Shown here: positions 1 to 9,583 of the stretch, piece by piece | How the letters are laid out: each line of letters begins with the position of its first letter | Position numbering within the stretch: position 1 is the first letter of the stretch | Assembly (NCBI GenBank): GCA_046330135.1 | Contig: JAXLTI010000003.1 | Coordinates: 1,128,221 to 1,192,220, forward strand | Length of the DNA: 64,000 bases | Reading direction: 5' to 3' | Source: a bacterium | GTDB lineage: Bacteria > ARS69 | Made by a program: the position numbers and the translations under genes | Notes under the pieces: generated by a model | The model's input: the letters and a program-made list of their open reading frames with translations, nothing else | What the model was told of the DNA's origin: nothing | The model's database searches: none

Positions 1-1043
1 TCAGTCGGGGATCGAAGCGGACCGTCGGTCTCGACATCGGGTCGAGCGCCGTCAAGGTCGTCGAGCTCGACCACACCGCCGAGCAACCTTCGCTCATCCG
101 GTTCGGGAGCCTCTCGCTCCTCCCGGAGGCCATCGTCGACGGCGAGATCATGGACCGGGACGTGGTGGTGGACACGATCGCGGAGCTGATGGAGACGAAC
201 GCGATCTCTTCGAAGTCGGTCATCACCGCGGTCTCGGGCCGCGCGGTGATCGTGAAGAAGATCCAGATGGACAAGATGTCGGACCAGGAAGCGCAGGACG
301 CCATCCAGTGGGAGGCGGAGCAGCACATCCCGTTCGACATCGACGACGTCTCGCTGGACTTCCAGGTCCTGAACCGCGAGGCCCATCCGGAGAAGATGGA
401 CGTGCTGCTCGTGGCGGCGAAGCGCGAGATGGTCGAAGCGCGGGCGGACCTCATCCGCGCCGCCGGCCTCACGCCGCTCACGATCGACATCGACTCCTTC
501 GCGGTGCAGAACGCCTACGAGCACAACTACGAGCCGCCCGACGGGTCCGTGACGCTCCTCCTGAACGTGGGCTGCTTCATCACGAACGTGAACATCGTCA
601 AGGACGGCGTTCCGTACTTCACGCGCGACCTGAGCTTCGCGGGCAACGCGATCCTCGAGGCCGTGCAGAAGGACCTGGGCGTGGACTACGACGAGGCGAA
701 CCGGATCCTCGCGAATCCCGGCGAAGAGCGGCTCGACGACCTGCAGTCGATCGTGCGCCTGGTCGGCGAGGAGCTCGCGGTGGGCATCGAGAAGTCGCTC
801 TCGTACCTGCGGGCGTCCGGCGAGGCGGACCGCATCGACCGCATCCTGCTTTCGGGCGGCGCGGCGATCGCGCCGGGGCTGCGCGAGTCCATCGAGAAGC
901 GCCAGGGATCGCCCGTCGAGGTCGCGAACCCGTTCCGCAGCGTCCACTGGGAGCAGGGCGCCTTCGGCGACGTCGATCCGGCGGCCGTCGGCTCGCGCTA
1001 CATGGTCGCGGCCGGACTTGCGCTCCGCGCGGGAGGGGAGTGA
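1..1043 (+). CDS. pilM: Type IV pilus assembly ATPase-like protein PilM (5'-truncated by the window edge)
   Basis: The reading frame is open from the first bases of the window, with sequence SRGSKRTVGLDIGSSAVKVVEL... It shows an actin-like PilM fold. It is directly followed by pilN/O/P/Q. Confidence 0.8.
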   Translation, partial: SRGSKRTVGLDIGSSAVKVVELDHTAEQPSLIRFGSLSLLPEAIVDGEIMDRDVVVDTIAELMETNAISSKSVITAVSGRAVIVKKIQMDKMSDQEAQDAIQWEAEQHIPFDIDDVSLDFQVLNREAHPEKMDVLLVAAKREMVEARADLIRAAGLTPLTIDIDSFAVQNAYEHNYEPPDGSVTLLLNVGCFITNVNIVKDGVPYFTRDLSFAGNAILEAVQKDLGVDYDEANRILANPGEERLDDLQSIVRLVGEELAVGIEKSLSYLRASGEADRIDRILLSGGAAIAPGLRESIEKRQGSPVEVANPFRSVHWEQGAFGDVDPAAVGSRYMVAAGLALRAGGE

Positions 1044-1046
1044 CCG

Positions 1047-1640
1047 ATGATCCGCATCAACCTGCTGCCGCAGGATGCTCGGAAGACCCGTCGGGCTTCC
1101 GCCTTCAAGATCGACCGGACCCGCGTGGTGCCCGTGGCCGCGCTGGTCGTGGCCGGGCTGGCCTGCACGTGCACCACGATGCTGCAGGGCGCCCGCCTCA
1201 CGACGCTCGAGAAGGACGTGGCCGAGTCGCGCGCCGAGTGCGAGCAGTACAAGCGGACGATCGCGCTCATCGACGAGATGGTGATCAAGGAGACGGAGCT
1301 GAACCGCCGCCTCGCGCTGGTGGAGCAGCTCGACCACAACCGCTTCAAGACGGTGCGAGTGCTGGACGAGGTCGCCCGGCGCGTGCCGCGCTACATGTGG
1401 CTCACGGCGATGAAGAACCTCTCGGCGGACCGCGTCTCCTTCGACGGCTACGCGTTCTCGAACCTCGTCGTGTCCGACCTCATGTCTTCTCTCGATAAGT
1501 CCGAGCTGTTCCACGACACCGAGCTCACGGTCGTGAAGCGGCAGGTGGTGGATGGGCAGAACACCGTGAGCTTCACCGTGACGTCGACGGTCAAGGCGGG
1601 GCCGCTGCCGGCTTCACCGGACCGCCCGAGCGAGTCGTAG
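1047..1640 (+). CDS. pilN: Type IV pilus inner-membrane component PilN
   Basis: N-terminus MIRINLLPQDARK followed by a single TM helix and a coiled coil. Conserved position after pilM. Confidence 0.8.
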   Translation: MIRINLLPQDARKTRRASAFKIDRTRVVPVAALVVAGLACTCTTMLQGARLTTLEKDVAESRAECEQYKRTIALIDEMVIKETELNRRLALVEQLDHNRFKTVRVLDEVARRVPRYMWLTAMKNLSADRVSFDGYAFSNLVVSDLMSSLDKSELFHDTELTVVKRQVVDGQNTVSFTVTSTVKAGPLPASPDRPSES

Positions 1641-1651
1641 GAGGCGCCAGG

Positions 1652-2353
1652 ATGGGTAAGTTGGATTTCCGCGACCCGAACGTCCAGATCGCCGGCCTGG
1701 TCTGCTTCCTCGCCGCGGCGATCATGTACGTATTCTTCCTGACGTCCCTCGTGCCGTTCGGGTACAAGGCGCGGAGCGAGCAGATCGCGAAGCTCTCAGG
1801 CGAGTACGAGAAGATCTCCGCCGACCTGATGAAGGCGAAGCAGTCGGCGAGCCGTCTCCCGCAGGTTCAGGCGGAGTTCGACCAGATCAAGAAGCGTTGG
1901 GAGGAGTCCAGCACGCTCCTGCCGACCGAGAAGGAGATGGCCGAGCTGCTGACGCAGATCACCGTCTCCGGTCAGCGCGCCGGGGTGGACTTCCTGCTCT
2001 TCGAGCCGAAGCCGCCCACGCCGCGCGACATCTACGTCGAGCACCCCGTTGAGCTCGAGGTGCAGGGCGGGTACCACGACATCGGCATGTTCCTCAGCCG
2101 CGTGTCCAACCTGCCGCGCATCGTGAACGTGAACTCGATCCAGATGAAGAACGTGCCCAACCCTGCCGATCCCAAGGGACCCCAGATCGTCGATGCGAAC
2201 CTGAGCGTCTCCGCCTACCGGCTGTTGACGGAAGGGGAGAGGGCGCAGGGCGCGCCGGCGACGCCGGCGGGACCCAGCGGGCGTCCGGCGGGAGCCCGGC
2301 CCCAGGTGGCGTCGGCGGCGCAAGCCGGAGGAGGAAACGGCCGTGCCCACTAG
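1652..2353 (+). CDS. pilO: Type IV pilus inner-membrane component PilO
   Basis: N-terminal TM helix, coiled coil, PilO-like C-terminal domain. Lies between pilN and pilP. Confidence 0.7.
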   Translation: MGKLDFRDPNVQIAGLVCFLAAAIMYVFFLTSLVPFGYKARSEQIAKLSGEYEKISADLMKAKQSASRLPQVQAEFDQIKKRWEESSTLLPTEKEMAELLTQITVSGQRAGVDFLLFEPKPPTPRDIYVEHPVELEVQGGYHDIGMFLSRVSNLPRIVNVNSIQMKNVPNPADPKGPQIVDANLSVSAYRLLTEGERAQGAPATPAGPSGRPAGARPQVASAAQAGGGNGRAH

Positions 2354-2945
2354 AACGCGCATCCCCGGAATCGCGCGCGCGGCGCTGGTGGCCCTGGCGG
2401 GGTCCGTCCTTCTCGCGGCGTGCGACTCAGGTCCGCTGCACAACCTCGCGGCAGGAACGAGCTCGAAGGACAAGCGACCGATTCCCCCCACGGTCCACGC
2501 GTCGGCCCAGTCGGGCCCCGCGGCGGCCGCGGCCGCGGCGAAGATCTCCATGCAGGGTCCGGCGGCGGCCGACAAGGCCACCCCGGAGGCACCTACGGTG
2601 CCCGACGATCCGAGTAAGCCCCTTCGTGAGCAAGAGGAGGAGTACCGCGCCGGACAGCAGCGCGATCCCTTCGTCTCCCTGCTCGGGGGCGACGACAAGC
2701 CGTCCGACCTGGTCGATCTGTCCGTGGCCCACCTCGTCGGGATCGTGACGAGCGGGGACAACCCGTTCTGCGTCGTCGAAGACGCGGAGGCAACCAGCTT
2801 CGTCCTCCACGTGGGGGACGCCGTGAAGAATGGTCGCGTCGTGGCCATCAAGCCCGAGGCGCTCGTCTGCTCGCAGACGGTGCTCGGGTATACGACCACG
2901 GTCCAGCTGAAGCTCGAAGAGAGGAAGGATGTGAAGCATGGTTAG
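2343..2945 (+). CDS. pilP: Type IV pilus lipoprotein PilP
   Basis: GTG start. Lipoprotein signal (LLAAC lipobox), Ala/Pro-rich linker, C-terminal PilP-like beta domain. Immediately upstream of the secretin gene. Confidence 0.6.
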   Translation: MPTRTRIPGIARAALVALAGSVLLAACDSGPLHNLAAGTSSKDKRPIPPTVHASAQSGPAAAAAAAKISMQGPAAADKATPEAPTVPDDPSKPLREQEEEYRAGQQRDPFVSLLGGDDKPSDLVDLSVAHLVGIVTSGDNPFCVVEDAEATSFVLHVGDAVKNGRVVAIKPEALVCSQTVLGYTTTVQLKLEERKDVKHG

Positions 2946-4212
2946 TCTTGGATTCCTCCGAAAGGGGTTCGCGCTGGGCCTCGCGACACTGGTTCTGGCC
3001 GCGCCGATCGCGGGGTCCGCACGTCCCACGATCGACACGACCGGCATGGCGCCCATCAACGTCGACGTGCAGAACGCCACGGTCGCGTCGGTGCTGCGCA
3101 TGTTCCACGAGTTCTCCGGCCGCAACATCATCGCGGGGCCGGAGGTCACGGGGACGATCACCGCGAAGCTGGACACCGTGCCGTGGCTCGTGGCCATGGA
3201 CACGGTGCTGCGCGCGAACGGATTCGCTTGGGAGGAGGACTCCCAGGGCATCATCCGCGTCTCGACCGTCGACAAGCTGCAGACCGAGCGGTTGAACGAG
3301 GCGGTCTCGGACCGGAAGCGCGAGGACTTCCTGCCGCTCGACACGTCGGTGGTGCAGGTGAGCTACGCCAAGGCCGAGGAAATGAAGAAACCGCTCGAGA
3401 TCCTCCTCTCCGGCCGCGGCAAGATCGAGACCGACGAGCGCACGAACGCGCTCATCATCACGGACATCGATCCGCGGATCGCCCGCGTGAAGGACATGGC
3501 GAAGATCCTCGACTACAAGACGCCGCAGGTCGAGATCAACGCGAAGCTCGTGGACGTCGACGAGCGCGCGGCCCGCGATCTCGGCATCAAGTGGGACGTG
3601 AAGGGTCTGAACAAGGGCGATGCGGCCGTGGACTACTCGGTCGACGCGTCGCTCGCGCAGAAGGTGGGCACCGTCGACCTGTCGCTCACCGGCACGGACG
3701 CCGACTTCACGGCCACCCTCGACGCGCTCGAGCGCCAGGACAAGGCGGAGATCATCTCGAACCCGCGGATCACGACGGCCGACAACAAGGAAGCCCGGAT
3801 GATCGTCGGCAAGAAGATCCCGCTCATCGTGTCCGACGCGGCCGGCAACCCGATCACCCAGCTCACGACGATCGGCATCAAGCTGACCGTGGTGCCGCAC
3901 ATCAACCAGGATGATCGCGTGACGCTCGACCTCAACCCCGAGGTCTCGGATCTGTCGTCGCAGGCGACCGTCCAGGGCGGCATCGTGATCGTCACGTCCG
4001 AGGCGAGCACGCGCGTGATCGTCCAGGACGGCCAGACCGCCGTGATCGGCGGCCTCATCCGCACCAACGAGTCGACCGTCGATCAGGGCGTGCCCGTGCT
4101 CATGGACATCCCGGTCGTCGGCAACCTGTTCAAGAGCACCGACAAGGTGAAGGAGAAGCGCGAGCTGCTCATCTTCGTGACGCCGCGCATCATCCGACCC
4201 GACGCGGGCTAG
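2938..4212 (+). CDS. pilQ: Type IV pilus secretin PilQ
   Basis: Signal peptide, secretin N domains, C-terminal secretin domain ending ...RELLIFVTPRIIRPD. Confidence 0.85.
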   Translation: MVSLGFLRKGFALGLATLVLAAPIAGSARPTIDTTGMAPINVDVQNATVASVLRMFHEFSGRNIIAGPEVTGTITAKLDTVPWLVAMDTVLRANGFAWEEDSQGIIRVSTVDKLQTERLNEAVSDRKREDFLPLDTSVVQVSYAKAEEMKKPLEILLSGRGKIETDERTNALIITDIDPRIARVKDMAKILDYKTPQVEINAKLVDVDERAARDLGIKWDVKGLNKGDAAVDYSVDASLAQKVGTVDLSLTGTDADFTATLDALERQDKAEIISNPRITTADNKEARMIVGKKIPLIVSDAAGNPITQLTTIGIKLTVVPHINQDDRVTLDLNPEVSDLSSQATVQGGIVIVTSEASTRVIVQDGQTAVIGGLIRTNESTVDQGVPVLMDIPVVGNLFKSTDKVKEKRELLIFVTPRIIRPDAG

Positions 4213-4248
4213 GCCCTGGGGGGCCGTGGGCGTCGATCGACGCCCGAA

Positions 4249-4295
4249 GGCGCCGGAGGCGCAGGACGCCTCCGGCGCCTCTTTCTTTCCCGGCG
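4249..4295 (+). terminator. Rho-independent terminator after pilQ
   Basis: Perfect GC-rich inverted repeat GGCGCCGGAGGCG / CGCCTCCGGCGCC followed by TCTTTCTTT. Confidence 0.5.
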
Positions 4296-4337
4296 CCTCT
4301 CCCTCGCGCTATTCTCCGACGTCTCCTGCCCCGAGGC

Positions 4338-4898
4338 GTGCGCGTGCCCTGGATCTCTCTGATCGGTTTCATGTGCTCGGGGAAGTCCTCCACCGGCAAG
4401 ACCATCGCGCGCCATCTCGGCTGGCCCCACTTCGACACGGACGCCTTGATCGTGGAGCGCACGGGGATGGAGGTGCACGAGATCTTCCGCGCGCACGGCG
4501 AGCCGTACTTCCGGAAGCTCGAACACGAGATCATCGAATCGCTGCCGCCGGAGCGCGACCTGGTGCTCTCCACGGGCGGCGGCCTCGTCCTGAACGAGGA
4601 CGCCATGCGCATCCTGCACGTGCAGGGTCCGATCTTCTGGCTGCGCGTGGAGCCGGAGGAGGTCCTCGAGCGCTCGCGTCGACCCTGGGCCGCGCGCCGT
4701 CCGCTCCTCGAGGAGGGCCAGGATCTTCCCGAGAGGGTCGAGGTGCTCCTCAAGGAGCGTGAGCCGCTCTACGCCCGTTGGGGCGTGGCGGTGCCCGGCG
4801 GCTTCGCCCATCCCCGCGAGGCGGGGCGCCACATCCTCGCGCTCCTCGAGAAGCGCGAGGACTTCCGCCCGTACTTCGGCAGCGAGGACGGCGCGTGA
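4338..4898 (+). CDS. aroK: Shikimate kinase
   Basis: GTG start. P-loop GFMCSGKSS. Typical shikimate kinase length. The pilMNOPQ-aroK arrangement is a known conserved synteny. Confidence 0.85.
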   Translation: MRVPWISLIGFMCSGKSSTGKTIARHLGWPHFDTDALIVERTGMEVHEIFRAHGEPYFRKLEHEIIESLPPERDLVLSTGGGLVLNEDAMRILHVQGPIFWLRVEPEEVLERSRRPWAARRPLLEEGQDLPERVEVLLKEREPLYARWGVAVPGGFAHPREAGRHILALLEKREDFRPYFGSEDGA

Positions 4899-4914
4899 GC
4901 GCGCCGCACCGGTC

Positions 4915-5469
4915 GTGCTGCGGGTGATCGCGGGGGATCTCCGGGGCCGGCGCCTCACGACGCCCCTCGGGCGTGACACCCGTCCCACGTCCGACCGCGT
5001 CCGCGTTTCCCTCTTCGACCTGCTCGGCGACGTCCCGGCGGGCGCCCGCGTGCTCGACGTCTTCGCCGGATCGGGCGCGCTCGGGATCGAGGCGCTCTCG
5101 CGCGGAGCGAGCCACGCGGTCTTCGTGGAGAGCGCGCCCGCCGCCCTGCGGGCCCTTCGCGAGAACCTGGCCGCTCTGGGGCTGGCCGGCCGGGCCACCG
5201 TGGTGGCCGGCGACGCGTTCGCGGAGCCGCCCGCCGCGCGCGGTCCCTTCGAGCTGATGCTCGCCGATCCGCCGTATGCCGCAGGGTTCGAGGCGCGGAT
5301 CGTCGAGGAGCTCGCCCGGCGGCTCGCCTTGGGGGGGGTGCTCGCGCTCGAGCACGCGTCGGACGGCGAGGCTCCGCTGCCTCCGGAAGGGCTCGCGATC
5401 TGGAAGGCGAGGCGTTACGGTGGGACGTCCTTGACCCTGTACGTCCGCGGCGCGGAGGGAGACTCGTGA
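4915..5469 (+). CDS. rsmD: 16S rRNA (guanine966-N2)-methyltransferase RsmD
   Basis: SAM-binding motif VLDVFAGSGALGIE and the DPPY motif. GTG start chosen just after the aroK stop. The six-frame track extends this ORF upstream into aroK, which I regard as an artifact. Confidence 0.7.
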   Translation: MLRVIAGDLRGRRLTTPLGRDTRPTSDRVRVSLFDLLGDVPAGARVLDVFAGSGALGIEALSRGASHAVFVESAPAALRALRENLAALGLAGRATVVAGDAFAEPPAARGPFELMLADPPYAAGFEARIVEELARRLALGGVLALEHASDGEAPLPPEGLAIWKARRYGGTSLTLYVRGAEGDS

Positions 5470-5945
5470 GGACCGCCCTGTATCCCGGCACGTTCGATCC
5501 GCCCACGCTCGGCCACGTCGACCTCCTGCAACGCGGGCTCCACCTGTTCGACCGCATCGTGGTGGGCGTGGCGGAGAGCCGTGCGAAGCAACCGCTGTTC
5601 ACCGTGGCGGAGCGCGTGGAGCTGTTCCGCGAGGCGGTCCGCGGGGTGGACTCCGTCACGATCGTGCCCTTCGATTCCCTCACCGTCACCTTCGCTCGCG
5701 AGCACGGCGCATGCGCCATCCTCCGCGGGCTCCGCGCCGTCTCGGACTTCGACTACGAGTTCCAGCTCGCGTGGATGAACCGCAAGCTGGACGCCTCGGT
5801 GGAGACGGTCTTCCTCTGCCCGAACGAGCTGTACTCCTTCGTGAACTCGTCCCTGGTGAAGGAGATCTCCCGGCTCGGCGGCGACGTGAGCGAGTTCGTT
5901 CCCCCGGTGGTGGCCAAGGCCCTCCGCGAAAGGCCGAGGCGCTGA
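5466..5945 (+). CDS. coaD: Phosphopantetheine adenylyltransferase
   Basis: MRTALYPGTFDPPTLGHVDLL... with the nucleotidyltransferase T/HxGH motif. The start overlaps the rsmD stop (GTGA). Confidence 0.9.
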   Translation: MRTALYPGTFDPPTLGHVDLLQRGLHLFDRIVVGVAESRAKQPLFTVAERVELFREAVRGVDSVTIVPFDSLTVTFAREHGACAILRGLRAVSDFDYEFQLAWMNRKLDASVETVFLCPNELYSFVNSSLVKEISRLGGDVSEFVPPVVAKALRERPRR

Positions 5946-5948
5946 ACC

Positions 5949-6251
5949 GTGCCCACGTATCGTTACGAGTGCGCGCGCTGCGGGCGCATCCACGAGTATT
6001 TCCACGGCATGTCCGAGCCGCCGAAGACGCGGTGCCCCGACTGCGGCGGCCGCCTCACGCAGCTGATCGGCGGCGGCTCCGGCGTGATCCTCAAGGGCAC
6101 GGGCTTCCACAAGACGGACTACCGCTCGAAGAGCTCCCGCGAGGCGGCGCACCGCGACGAGACCGCGGCGAAGTCCGAGAGCACGCCGAAGCCGAAAGAG
6201 ACGAAGGACAAGAAGGAGTCGAAGGGCGGCGGCGAGGGCGCGAAGGGCTGA
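5949..6251 (+). CDS. FmdB-family zinc-ribbon putative regulatory protein
   Basis: Sequence YRYECARCG...RCPDCGG gives two CxxC pairs. Lys/Glu-rich tail. Confidence 0.7.
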   Translation: MPTYRYECARCGRIHEYFHGMSEPPKTRCPDCGGRLTQLIGGGSGVILKGTGFHKTDYRSKSSREAAHRDETAAKSESTPKPKETKDKKESKGGGEGAKG

Positions 6252-6263
6252 GGGGGCGCCCCG

Positions 6264-6938
6264 TCAGGCGGGGTCGAGCAGGAGCCGCCGCAGCTCCGCG
6301 AAGTCCCGCACCAGCACGTCCCCGTCGGAGCGCGCGGTGGACGAGAAGCCGCCCGCGAAGAGCACGAACGGCAGCCGGTTCGCGCGCGCCGCCTCCCGGT
6401 CCGTCTCCCGATCCCCCACCACCACCGCGGGAGCACCCTCCGCGAGATCGAGAATCTGCGAGACCATGTCGGCCTTGGACGTCACGCCCGGATCGTCGGC
6501 GCAGAGAGCCGCGAGGAGGATCGGGCCGAGGTTGAAGGCGCGCACGAAGGAGTCCAGGTAGCGCCGGCTGCAGTTCGACGCCAGCGCCACGGCGCGCCCG
6601 GCGCGGTGGAGATCGTCCAGGAGCCGGCGCGCTCCGGGGTACATCGCGCCGAGGCCCTTGGCGAAGGCGACCTCCTCCAGGTCCTCCGCCTCGCGCTCCA
6701 CCTCCTCGCCGAGTCCGTGGAGTTCCTCCGGCAGGACGTAGCGCCAGAACTCCTCCATGGGCAGCCCGATCGCCCCCACGAAGCGCGCGTCCCCGGGCAG
6801 CTCGCGCCTCACGCCGTGCCGCGCGTACACCGTGGCCACCGCGCGACGGCCGATGTCGAGCCAGAAGCTGTCCGTGGCGAGCAGCGTGCCGTCGATGTCG
6901 AAGATGACGAGGCGCGCGTCGGCGAGGTTGGAAGGCAC
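6264..6938 (-). CDS. HAD-superfamily (subfamily IA-like) hydrolase/phosphatase
   Basis: N-terminal motif VIFDIDGTLL (DxDGT) and downstream HAD motifs. Confidence 0.75.
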   Translation of the reverse strand: MPSNLADARLVIFDIDGTLLATDSFWLDIGRRAVATVYARHGVRRELPGDARFVGAIGLPMEEFWRYVLPEELHGLGEEVEREAEDLEEVAFAKGLGAMYPGARRLLDDLHRAGRAVALASNCSRRYLDSFVRAFNLGPILLAALCADDPGVTSKADMVSQILDLAEGAPAVVVGDRETDREAARANRLPFVLFAGGFSSTARSDGDVLVRDFAELRRLLLDPA

Positions 6939-7036
6939 GGGCGCGCAGTCTAGGGGCGACGTCGATGCCGGTCAAACGGGAGTGGAAGGGCGGCGCGTCT
7001 TCGGCGCGCCGGCGCGTCCAGCCGCCGCGCGTGATT

Positions 7037-7066
7037 GACGCGCCCGCAACGCGTCGGTAGCTTCTC
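7037..7066 (+). promoter_or_regulatory. Candidate sigma70-type promoter for obg
   Basis: TTGACG, 17 nt, TAGCTT. Lies about 45 nt upstream of the obg ATG in a divergent intergenic region. Confidence 0.3.
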
Positions 7067-7110
7067 GACCCATCGGCCCGCACGCTCTCCGCGGCCCTCT
7101 CGGACAACCC

Positions 7111-8121
7111 ATGTTCCTGGATCGCGCGATCATCGAAGTCGAAGCCGGCGCCGGCGGACGCGGTTGCGTCAGCTTCCGCAGGGAGAAGTACGTGCCCCGC
7201 GGCGGCCCGGACGGAGGGGACGGCGGAGACGGCGGGAGCGTGTGGCTCGTGGTGGACCCGCGTCGCGCCACGCTGCAGGACTTCCGCTACCGGCGTCTCT
7301 TCGTGGGTCCGCGCGGCTCGCACGGCCTCGGCTCGAACAAGACGGGAGCCTCCGGGGAGGACCTTCTCGTGCCCGTTCCCCCGGGAACGGTGGTGCACGA
7401 CGACGAGACCGGGGACGTCCTCTACGACCTCACCGAACCGGATCAGCGCGTGCTCGTGGCGCGCGGGGGTCGGGGCGGGCGCGGGAACGCGCGCTTCGCC
7501 TCGTCCACGAACCGCGCGCCCCGCCGCTTCGAGGAGGGCGCCGAGGGGGAGCGGCACAAGCTGCGGCTGGAGCTCAAGCTCATCGCGGACGTCGGGCTCG
7601 TGGGCTTCCCGAACGTCGGCAAGTCCACGTTCCTCGCGCGCGTGTCCGCGGCGCGCCCGAAGATCGCGGACTACCCGTTCACCACGCTGACTCCGAACCT
7701 CGGCGTCGTCGATCTCCCGGACTGGCGCCAGATGGTCGTCGCGGACATCCCGGGCATCCTGGAGGGCGCGCACGAGGGCAAGGGGCTCGGTCTCCAGTTC
7801 CTCCGGCACATCGAGCGGACGCGCGTGCTGCTCTTCCTCCTGGATCTCGCCTCGGAGGATCCGGCGGGGGATCTCGCGAAGCTGCGTGCCGAGCTGTCGA
7901 GTTACGGGCAGGGCCTCGCGGAACGGCCGCACCTCATCGCCCTGAACAAGGCGGACCTCTTCGAACATCCCGAGGTGCCCGCGGCCCTCCGCGGCCGGGA
8001 GGACGTGCACGTCGTGTCGGCGGCGAGCGGCGCGGGCGTCCCCGAGCTGCTCGAGGCGCTCTGGCGGAGGATCGAGGCCACGCGCACCGCGGAGCCCGGC
8101 CGCACCGGGGAGGCTTGGTGA
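7111..8121 (+). CDS. obg: GTPase Obg/CgtA
   Basis: Gly-rich Obg fold N-terminus (GGDGGDGGDGGSV). G1 motif GFPNVGKST. G3 motif DIPGILEGA. G4 motif NKAD. Confidence 0.9.
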   Translation: MFLDRAIIEVEAGAGGRGCVSFRREKYVPRGGPDGGDGGDGGSVWLVVDPRRATLQDFRYRRLFVGPRGSHGLGSNKTGASGEDLLVPVPPGTVVHDDETGDVLYDLTEPDQRVLVARGGRGGRGNARFASSTNRAPRRFEEGAEGERHKLRLELKLIADVGLVGFPNVGKSTFLARVSAARPKIADYPFTTLTPNLGVVDLPDWRQMVVADIPGILEGAHEGKGLGLQFLRHIERTRVLLFLLDLASEDPAGDLAKLRAELSSYGQGLAERPHLIALNKADLFEHPEVPAALRGREDVHVVSAASGAGVPELLEALWRRIEATRTAEPGRTGEAW

Positions 8122-8756
8122 GCGTGGGGGCGGCGCCCGGAGCCGGGGAGCCCGCGGACTTCGCGGCCCGCTGCGCGGAGGTGGAGCGTCTCGCCGCATC
8201 GCGGGACGCGGAGGCGGGCGAAGCCCTCGCGCGGCTGCTTCTGGACCCGAGCTGGTATCTCCGCGAGCGCGTCGTGGAAGCGCTCGGCGCGCGGCACGAC
8301 GTCGCGGACGCCATCCGCCGGGCGCTGCGCGAGGGCGAGTGGTGGGCGCGCGCGTCGGCCTGCGACGTGATCGCGCGACGCGCGGACGCGGCGGCCCTGG
8401 ACGACCTCGTCGCCGGCGTCGAGGACCGCAACGTGTTCCTGCAGAAGTCGGCGGTGCGGGCGATGGTCGCGGTCGCGGAGCGCACGGGGCTCCGCTTCGT
8501 CGCCGAGCGACTCGCCGCGCTGGATCCCGCGCAGAGGCGTCGCCTGCTCGCGCGCGTGGGCCACCAGGCGCCGCACTGGGTGGATTCCCTCGCTGCGGAG
8601 CTCGCGGAGCTTCCGCCGGGGGCGCTGGCGCCCGGGCCGGCGGAGGGCGGGGCGGGCGCGGCGGCGGGTGAGGAGGACGTCGAAGCGCGCGCGCTCGTGC
8701 GCTTCCGCGCGTGGCTGGACGCCGCGGCGGGGGCGCCGCGGGAGAGACGCGCGTGA
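8118..8756 (+). CDS. HEAT/PBS-lyase-like repeat protein
   Basis: GTG start overlapping the obg stop (GTGA). Repeated helical segments of the form 'W..R..A...LG'. Confidence 0.5.
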   Translation: MSVGAAPGAGEPADFAARCAEVERLAASRDAEAGEALARLLLDPSWYLRERVVEALGARHDVADAIRRALREGEWWARASACDVIARRADAAALDDLVAGVEDRNVFLQKSAVRAMVAVAERTGLRFVAERLAALDPAQRRRLLARVGHQAPHWVDSLAAELAELPPGALAPGPAEGGAGAAAGEEDVEARALVRFRAWLDAAAGAPRERRA

Positions 8757-9583
8757 GCGCCGGCATTCGGCGGATCCGGCGCGGACAGGCGGGCTGGCCG
8801 GCGTGCTTCGAGACCCTCGGTGGCGACGCGCCCGCCGCGATCTTCGTGCGCGGGGACGTCTCGCTCCTCGGCGCGCGGGCGGTCGCCGTCGTCGGGACGC
8901 GCGAGTGCTCCGGCGAGGGCTGGGACTGGACGCACGCGGCCGCGGGCCGCCTCGCCGAGGAGGGCTTCGTCGTCGTGTCGGGTCTCGCGCGCGGCATCGA
9001 CGCGGCCGCGCACCGCGGCGCGCTGGATGCGTCGGGCGACACCGTCTGCGTGCTCGGCTGCGGAGCGGACGTGGCCTACCCGGAGGAGAACGCCGAGCTG
9101 CTCGAGCGCGTGGCGGCGGCGGGCTGCGTCGTCTCGGAGCACGAGCCGGGAACGCAGCCGAAGCCCTGGCACTTCCCGCGCCGCAACCGCCTCATCGCCG
9201 CGCTCTCGGAGGCGGTGGTCGTGGTGGAGTCGCGCGTGCGCTCGGGCGCACTCGTCACGGCCCGCCTCGCCCTCGACCTCGGGAAGGAAGTGTTCGTGGT
9301 GCCCGGTTGGCCCACCTCGCCGCTCTCCGCGGGCCCGCTCGCCCTCCTGCGCGACGGCGCCCGGCCCGTGCGCGGCGCGGAGGATCTCCTCGAAGACCTC
9401 GGCGGCATCGGAGCGTCGCCGCTTCCCCCGCCGGAGCACGCGGACTCCCTGGACGCCGTTCGCTCGGGCGTCTCGTCGCCCGCGGAGCTCGCGCGGGCGC
9501 TGGGTCTCGATCCCGCCGAGGCGCGCGAGCGCTGGGCCGCGCTCGAGCTGCTCGGCGTCGTCGCTCGCGTGGGCTCGTCGTGA
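8753..9583 (+). CDS. dprA: DNA-processing protein DprA (Smf)
   Basis: GTG start overlapping the upstream stop. Rossmann-like DprA core (VVGTRECS...VVSGLARGIDAAAHRGAL...VVVESRVRSGALVTARLALDLGKEVFVVPG). Confidence 0.7.
   Translation: MSAGIRRIRRGQAGWPACFETLGGDAPAAIFVRGDVSLLGARAVAVVGTRECSGEGWDWTHAAAGRLAEEGFVVVSGLARGIDAAAHRGALDASGDTVCVLGCGADVAYPEENAELLERVAAAGCVVSEHEPGTQPKPWHFPRRNRLIAALSEAVVVVESRVRSGALVTARLALDLGKEVFVVPGWPTSPLSAGPLALLRDGARPVRGAEDLLEDLGGIGASPLPPPEHADSLDAVRSGVSSPAELARALGLDPAEARERWAALELLGVVARVGSS

Noticed and set aside
308-1498. 396-aa ORF overlapping pilM/pilN in another frame
   Set aside because: Arg/Gly/Pro-rich alternate-frame artifact. pilM and pilN have clear homology in their own frames.
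6091-9042. 983-aa minus-strand ORF, and similar very long ORFs (12174..15389 -, 16385..19357 -, 25784..28867 -, 28720..31542 -, 31233..34397 -, 33686..36964 -, 8820..11513 +, 29169..34235 +, 58054..63669 +)
   Set aside because: They are Arg/Pro/Gly-rich and lie antisense or out of frame to well-supported genes (obg, valS, nuo and others). They are typical open alternate frames in about 70% GC DNA, not genes.
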